Assembly: GCA_002633005.1 (NCBI GenBank)
Contig: NMRA01000117.1
Location: 600,343 to 664,342 of the forward strand
Source of the DNA: Phoronis australis
Taxonomy: Eukaryota > Animalia > Phoronida
Reading direction: 5' to 3'
DNA length: 64,000 nt
In this document: positions 57,148 to 64,000 of the stretch, one piece after another
Layout of the letters: every line of letters begins with the position of its first letter
Position numbering within the stretch: position 1 is the stretch's first letter
Translations under genes and position numbers: made by a program
The notes under the pieces: generated by a model
What the model was told of the DNA's origin: nothing
Seen by the model: only the letters and a program-made list of their open reading frames with translations
Database searches by the model: none

Positions 57148-60100
57148 TCAGGAAGAGCTTGAACTCGACTTGGATCTACGGCCGCGTTTCTTGGCAGGGG
57201 ATGCTGACCTTGATTTTGACCTCTTGCGTGGAGGTGGAGAACGACTCCTTCGCCTTGGAGGGGAACGTCGTGCAGGTGACCTAAAATTGGAATGCAATAA
57301 ACTGTATCACTGGCATGACAATACAAGAATACAAACCTGTCCTACATGGTTCCCTCTCCGAATCCATTTTCCACCGATTTCCAGAATATAATTTTCATTT
57401 TTCATGAATTTTCCAGGTCATCCAAGAATTTTCAAGGATATAATTTAATCCATGCATATTTCCCACAAACAAACTGTCATACTGCAAATTTTTCTTGACT
57501 TTGCCAAGCATACAAATTATTTTAAATCATTTTCAGGTGTTCACGAGTGAAAAATACATCCAAGACAAAAACAGGACAAAGTCCAAGATCACTTCAAAGA
57601 ATAATCAAATTCTCAATTTGTCATACGAAAATTAACAGTATGAGTAAAACTGCCATTTAAAGCTTCATTACACCCTGTTCAGACAGCTAAAAAAATTGAA
57701 CAAGGCCTTTTGCTCGCATAAAACTGATCTTCCTCACTGTGATAGGATTCCATTTCCAAAACCAACTCAAGCCACAGACAATGCGTACATGTTTCATTTT
57801 CAAATTCACAATTTTATGGTTTGCCAACTCAAATAAACTCCTGAGGTGCTTCCTTGAGTCACTGGTGGTTTCAATGTTCTTGTTGGTAACATAAATAGAA
57901 TCCTTCAACTGTCACTTTCAAATGATCATGTTACTTCTTGTATGATTTTCTTGAGCTTGAATCATAACTTAAACAAAAGCCCAACGAATTTTGATTTAAT
58001 GGAAAATCATCAAAATTACTTTGAAAACTATGCTATAAAGCAACTCCTCAACAATCTCAAGACATCAACGCCATCATCAATCAAAATGGCGTACTTCAAA
58101 GGGTGATAGAAAAACACATAACAAATGGTTCAACATGCTGTCAGTAGCAGTGCAAACCATTACAGCGCTTACCTTCGCCTGTACCGAGGGGGTGACTGTC
58201 TGCCCCACCTTGGAGGCGGGCCTCGTCGTGGGGGACTTCTGCGTGGTGGAGGGCGAGTGGCTCTGGGGGCCAGTACAGGGGCTGCTGTGATCTCTTGACC
58301 ATCTATTTGCCCTGAAAACGTAAAGAAAGCACAGGTGACTCAAGTGTACCTTGGGACGATTTTCCACGCACATACAAATGACACGAACATACTTTCTACA
58401 GAAAGCATTGTTCTCTTCGTAACTGAAATTCTGAAGCTGCAATATCACGTATTACATTTTGAGAGAACAAATTTTTGTTGAGTAACATGTACCTGATTCT
58501 CTAACAGGTAACTGATGTTTGGGAAAGGACAATAGGTTACTGTCTGTCAATAGCGTCACTACCATCAGTACCAGAAAACTCCACTAATGTTCTGTTGGAA
58601 CTAAGACCCGGGCCCCTTTCAAGAAAACTGATTTAGCTAATACAAATCTTAAATTTACTTAAATTTTTTGATAAAACTTCAAATCCGCTCCAAGACAGTG
58701 ATCTAAGTTTGACTAAATTTTGTTTTAAGCTTGACTAACTCACCGCATGCGAAAGTTTCAAAGTTTGGAACTTGAGACAAATATAAGAATCCCAAGCAAA
58801 AAAATGAACTTAAGATTCTTGCAAAGGGCCGTGATTTGATGATAGTCCAACAATAAAAAACAATTGATATACAACTCTTTAGCATTGACAGAGCACAAAA
58901 GCGATTTCTGTTCAACCCAATTTTAAATTCTGGGCAGACGAAAAAACTTATTGCTTTCATTCATGGGCATTTAGTGTTGTTGGACATGGTTGATTGGTCG
59001 ACATAGTGAAAGCAAAGAATTAATGAATGCTGTGAAATACCACTATTTATCTCCATCCAAGTTACTAGTGAGCTAGAAATGGTTTTGCATGCTTACATAC
59101 AAAATATTCCCAACACCACCTAGCAACACAACAAATTTCACTGTGAAGCCGCTAAATCAGAAAATGAGTTATTAGAGAAAGCTTTCAGAATCTGAATAAA
59201 CAGGCACGAGTAGCTGTTATATGGTTAAGACATCTTAAACACGGATTATCAGGGATTTATGAGTTATTTTGCCTGAATATTATTCTTTAAATAAATTGTT
59301 TTGAGGCAGAAGCAACCTCAGAAACACCAACATGTCAGCATGTTTCCTAGCAATCCTGTCCAAACAATCTAACCACAGCAGTCTAACCCACCTCCATCCA
59401 TGTGTTTCACAGCCTTCTCTGCTTCCTCTGGCTTCTCGTATTCAACGTAAGCAAACCCTCGCGTGAACTGTGAGTGTAGCCGATCTATAGGCATGTCTAC
59501 ACTCTTCACTGTTCCGTAAACGGAGAATATTTCTGTGATATGATCTTTGTTGACATTTCTTGTCAGACGCCCAATGTGCACTTTGGTGGGTTTCGGGGAA
59601 GGAGACCTCTTCTTGGGTTTGTCTGCTTTCGACTTGGACCTGGCAAGAGCAGCAATTGCAAACATTAAGAACAAGTTACGAAGTTTGCCAATCTAACATC
59701 TACTATTTAAGTCACTGAATCCCTGGTTTTCAACGTTTTTGAGGAGTGTACCTTGAATCATATCAGGAATATGACGTTGTATACTATTTGGCTAACTATC
59801 AAATTTTTATTGATTTGAATTGCTTAGAAATGAAATCAGGCAAAATTTACAATAATGCTATAACAAAGTTTTGACTTTTTTCGTAAATAATGTATTTCCA
59901 ATGAATAAAATAGTTTTTTTTTTACGAAAGTAGGCAGTCTCATGACTATGGCTTTTCTTGGGGCACCAATTTTTTGGCAATTATTGTTACAAAACGCAAG
60001 AACACCCGATTTTGGGTATTTTGTAACAGGATTACGTCATAATTCATTTGGATGTATCACAAAAAATCTGCTAAATTGGAATTCTAACCGTCTCATTTGT

Positions 60101-61229
60101 CTAACTCCAGCAACTTTTATTCACAGCACCTGCTCAAGGCTAAGTATATGCTTTGTTAGGGTGACGTTGACTTCTATCATAACAGAATTATGAATGGCAT
60201 TGTTTTCGGAAAATGTTATGACACAAGAATGCAAGTTTTTTTGACATGAATTGGCTTGGGCAATTCATACACCAGCCTCAAAAACGGGGTGAAACGGACT
60301 ACACACTCCACAGAATTTTACAACTCGAAGGGACCAATGACTCGTGATAAGCTGTCCACTTGAAGACCTAATGACACGGCCTTAGAAAACATTCTGCACC
60401 AGTTCAATGAAGTAATCACTAAATAGCTCCTACCTGCGTGTGCCCCGACGTGTGGGTGACCTACTTCCTGAAGACGATGACCCACTACTGGAGCTGCGGG
60501 ACGAGTTGCTTCCGGAACTACTTCCAGAGCTGTCACTGCTGGAACTGCCCGATGAGCTAGACCGTGAGCTACTGCCAGAATCACTAAAAACAGACACCAT
60601 ATTAAATTTCTTCAATAGTAGGTTGAATGACATTGAACAGGTTACAAGAAACTACAACTTTAACAATATTTTCAGATATTCAGAAGGAACACACCAAAAA
60701 AAATTATGATTTGAGTCAGTCGTGGCTTACATCACAAGAGATTTCCTGGCTTCACCCAACACAAATGAGCTGCAGTTTCATTCACAGTGGTAACCAAATA
60801 TCCTGTCAACTCATTATCCGGGCACATCCAGTTCATACTATGAAGTGATCAGTTTTCATTGATTCAAAGGCTTTGTTACAATTCATGGAGTTGACTCACA
60901 AAAGTTTAAATGAAAATAAATAGATACACAATCTCTCACTGCAGAGGCAACAGAAACATTCCAATGTCACTACTAGAGAACAACATGATACACTGTATTT
61001 TGCACTACACTAAAGTATACAATCGTGTAGCGAAAACAAATGTGCCAAAATGCTCCAACTTGGGACCAATAAGACCAATTACAAACATCACAGCTATATT
61101 CTCCACAAACAATATAGTTCATACCTGCTACCACTAGAAGACCGTTTTCTCTTTTTGTCACGCCCTCTTTCTTTCGTTTGGTTCTCAGTTGCCTTCTTCT
61201 TCACTGGACTTTTGCTGCGGCTCCGAGTC
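57148..61229 (-). CDS. RNPS1: RNA-binding protein with serine-rich domain 1 (5'-partial; 5 exons found)
   Basis: Exons 61125-61229, 60434-60583, 59392-59639, 58173-58311, 57148-57280 are in frame. Basic N-terminus, poly-Ser tract, RRM (PKPTKVHIGRLTRNVNKDHITEIFSVYG...RGFAYVEY...AEKAVKHMDGGQIDGQEI) and RS/P tail. The start-codon exon was not identified. Confidence 0.94.
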
Positions 61230-61709
61230 CTGAAAATAACAGATATCGTCAATTCACAACCACCATACAGATACGCAGATAATATGCCCCACGACAAGTA
61301 GATGGAAGGAAGCAACTCACACACGTTTTTTTGCAGTCAAGAACTGAGTGGAGGCAGGTTCAATAATGCATCTGGGGATATCACATTCAGAACACCAGAT
61401 GACAATTCCGACTTGTCTGTTTGCCTCCTGTTGTAATTTAAACGTGGTGGCAAATGCATAGAAATCACAAAACAAACCGAACAATTATGAATCAAAAGTA
61501 ATAAATCTTGGAAAACTGTTAGCAAGTTTAAGTTTGAAGTCAACATGTCATGAACCTTGAAATGAATTTAGAGAGAAATATTGTCTGACTTTGATACTTG
61601 CAGTGGCGACCTCGAGGCAACTTGTAATTTTTCCCAGGTCACCAAACGCAATCTGATGAAGTCGCTAAAGCAACCTGCAGGTCACCAAATCGAGCGCTGT
61701 TTTAATATA

Positions 61710-62635
61710 CTATACTCGCGCGTTAACGTCCATGCCTGTGTAATCGCCCACCCCCGACTTTTGGTCAATTTTCAGTTTAAGCACCCACTGCTTGGGTAAT
61801 CGCCCATCCCCTAATTTGTGCTAATTTCCATGTAAGCGCCCACCTCTTGGGTAATCGCCTATCCCCAACATACCGCTTACAGAACTTGCACTTGAACTCG
61901 TGGTTTTGTTCACAGCTTTGCCTTGGGCTCAGACTTCTGTGTTTACGAAAACACGGCGTGCTTACACCTGCGTACAATTGTCTCGAAAAGTACGTTTTTC
62001 AGCAACCACATTTTTTAAACTTAACAACTGATATTTTGTTAAATTAATACAGGTCTACTCCGTAAATTTTTATAGAAGTGTCACGAGTCTACTAAGAGAT
62101 TAGGCATACGACGTCTTTCGTCACCGACGTAGATTTGTCTAGGTGACAAGTTTTCGAATTACCTAGTCTAAATTTTTTTCGTATCAGACACCATTTCTGA
62201 TGCTTTTTCGAGTTCAGTAGATGGGACTGGAAGGGTTCCAACTAAACACAGTCGTACGAACAACACTTACAATACAATGGCACTGGAAACGACATGTAGT
62301 CCTGTTCACTGATCTGAAATAGTGCTTGCTGATACGGTAAGTGGACTGCCGTTTGAGTTTCATAAAGCTCCGTGGTATGACATTTAGCAGCACGCTGTGG
62401 TTGTCGGGTCCCGCTGTTTGACCAAACTTACAAGTTCCGTGCTCGAATAACAACTTGCGAGCTTGCCCAGTTCGGCTAAAACTTGGACGTAAGCAGCCAC
62501 TGCTTGGGTAATTGGCCACCTCCAACTTTTTGCCAATTTTTCAGTTGAAGTGTCCACTACTTGGGTAATCGCCCACCCCCTTGTCTAAGGGTTTCCCAAT
62601 TTAAGCGCCCAGGGCGTTAACCCGCGAATTTACGG
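61710..62635. mobile_element. Non-autonomous Tc1/mariner-type element related to the 51325 MITE
   Basis: Right end gggcgttaacccgcgaatttacgg-TA and degenerate left end tactatactcgcgcgttaacgtccatg. Internal repeats of cttgggtaatcgccca(c/t)ccc. Confidence 0.65.
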
Positions 62636-63353
62636 TAATAAAGAGTGTATTGGGGAGGATCAGAAGCTAAAGACGCCTGTGCGTACAGAGGGCCTGGGAT
62701 GGCCACCATCTCTACTGCCAGTTGAGACGGTGGCACTGTCTACAAGGAGTGAACCGCAATAGATTTTTAAGGATATGTTTAAATTGTGTTGACTAAATAA
62801 ATTGTCTCAAGAGATTGTAGCCTTGGCGCAAGGCTGCATACTAAATATACAGCTTTGCGCTTATGTTGGTAAAAAATTGATCAGATAAAATCTGATCACA
62901 AAAGTGTCATTAAAAACTACACTCTTCCTTGAGTAAACTTAGTTATTTACCAGTGTTGGAAAAATTAGCGTTTTGCCATTATTCTGCTGCTAAAATTGTG
63001 GTGAGAACTTTTGCGTGAGTCACGACAATACTGGATTTCAAAATGAGGACATACTTTTCTTTGTTACAAAAGGCAGAGCATTAAGCAAGAAAATGATTTT
63101 TATAAAATTGTTTTTATTTTAACAACTGTAATGGGCAAGGATGGCTTGGCAAGGTGAGTGTCTGTTGACTCCCAGATTTTGTATGCACCCCGCCAGTAAT
63201 ATGTTGTTACAAGTTTCACGGCGAGGTGACAAGCAGAACTACCCGGGCTGTGTGCAATTTTGAAGGTCTGTAGGAGCTCAATATACACACTTCCACTGGT
63301 ACCTAGGCAATGACCATCGCCTCTGATGGCCCGAACCAGAGGCAATGCAGAGG

Positions 63354-64000
63354 CTATAGGCGCTCTGTACGCCGGAAGCTTTTCGGCGAATTATGCCTTG
63401 CACCGACTAAACTATCAAAGTCACGTCGTTATAAATACCTTTTGTGCATAGAGGAACACCTTAGGAGGTTGTCGATGTGTTTAATTCCTTCCAACTCGAA
63501 CAAATACTCCCATTATCAAACTTTTTCTTCGAGCAGTTCCTATTTCAGTTCCCAAAATCGTGAAATCAACATTTTCATTTTTTTAACCAGGCCGAAGGTC
63601 AGAATTTGCAGACCTACCGGCGAACTTTGAAAGCTGAAGTTCCCACCCTTCGCGTACGTGCTGCCGGGTGCCAACCGTGCGTTTGCCTTGTTGTTAAACA
63701 TTGAAATGTCAAATATGTGTCATATCATCAGCATTTATTTTTATCAAATACAAACAATAATTCATTGAAATACAATCAGTTTCAAGTAACGCCAATTAAA
63801 GACAAGTATAAGTGGTGGCATTTTGGAAACGAACATTTGACTGACAAGACCGCAATGGCTCACCTTTGGCCTATTTAAAGATTGAGGTCATGAAGTCACA
63901 TCACCTAGCGAGCGCGGTAAAAATTGGAGCGTGCGCAGTATAAAAATGGTGAGTTCACGATTTTGGGAACTGAAATAGGGACTGCTCGAAGAAAAAGTTT
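63354..64000. mobile_element. Family-A long-TIR MITE, running off the window end
   Basis: The left arm matches 8615-8830 and 9738. 63519-63564 is inverted at 63955-64000. Confidence 0.8.

Noticed and set aside
62900-63900. Candidate first coding exon of RNPS1 (donor-like sites near 63054 and 63863)
   Set aside because: No ATG-containing phase-2 exon could be supported; the 63863 site lies within a MITE.

Overview
This is AT-rich, intron-containing animal genomic DNA, most likely from a marine invertebrate (an inference); it is not prokaryotic. Reading GT-AG junctions and exon phases by hand gives seven protein-coding genes. In order: an M1-family membrane aminopeptidase (first exon only, -), FKBP11 (-), a flavin monoamine-oxidase-like gene (+), ARL6IP1 (-), UBE2S (+), an unnamed ~754-aa multidomain death-fold protein (-), and RNPS1 (-, 5' end not found). 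FKBP11/MAO and ARL6IP1/UBE2S are head-to-head pairs. The best candidate for an undescribed system is the 9-exon gene at 40747-53953, which encodes CARD, an acidic Tyr-motif linker, a Death domain, a TRADD-N-like domain and an unassigned helical C-terminal domain. Introns carry Penelope remnants (one with a minimal hammerhead ribozyme and a 5' inversion), Gypsy and Copia LTR pieces, several MITE families and minisatellites. Four local tandem duplications straddle splice sites. A ~1.3-kb duplication around a single N at 52082 looks like two haplotypes joined at an assembly gap. All domain calls come from motif recognition by eye; no database searches were run.
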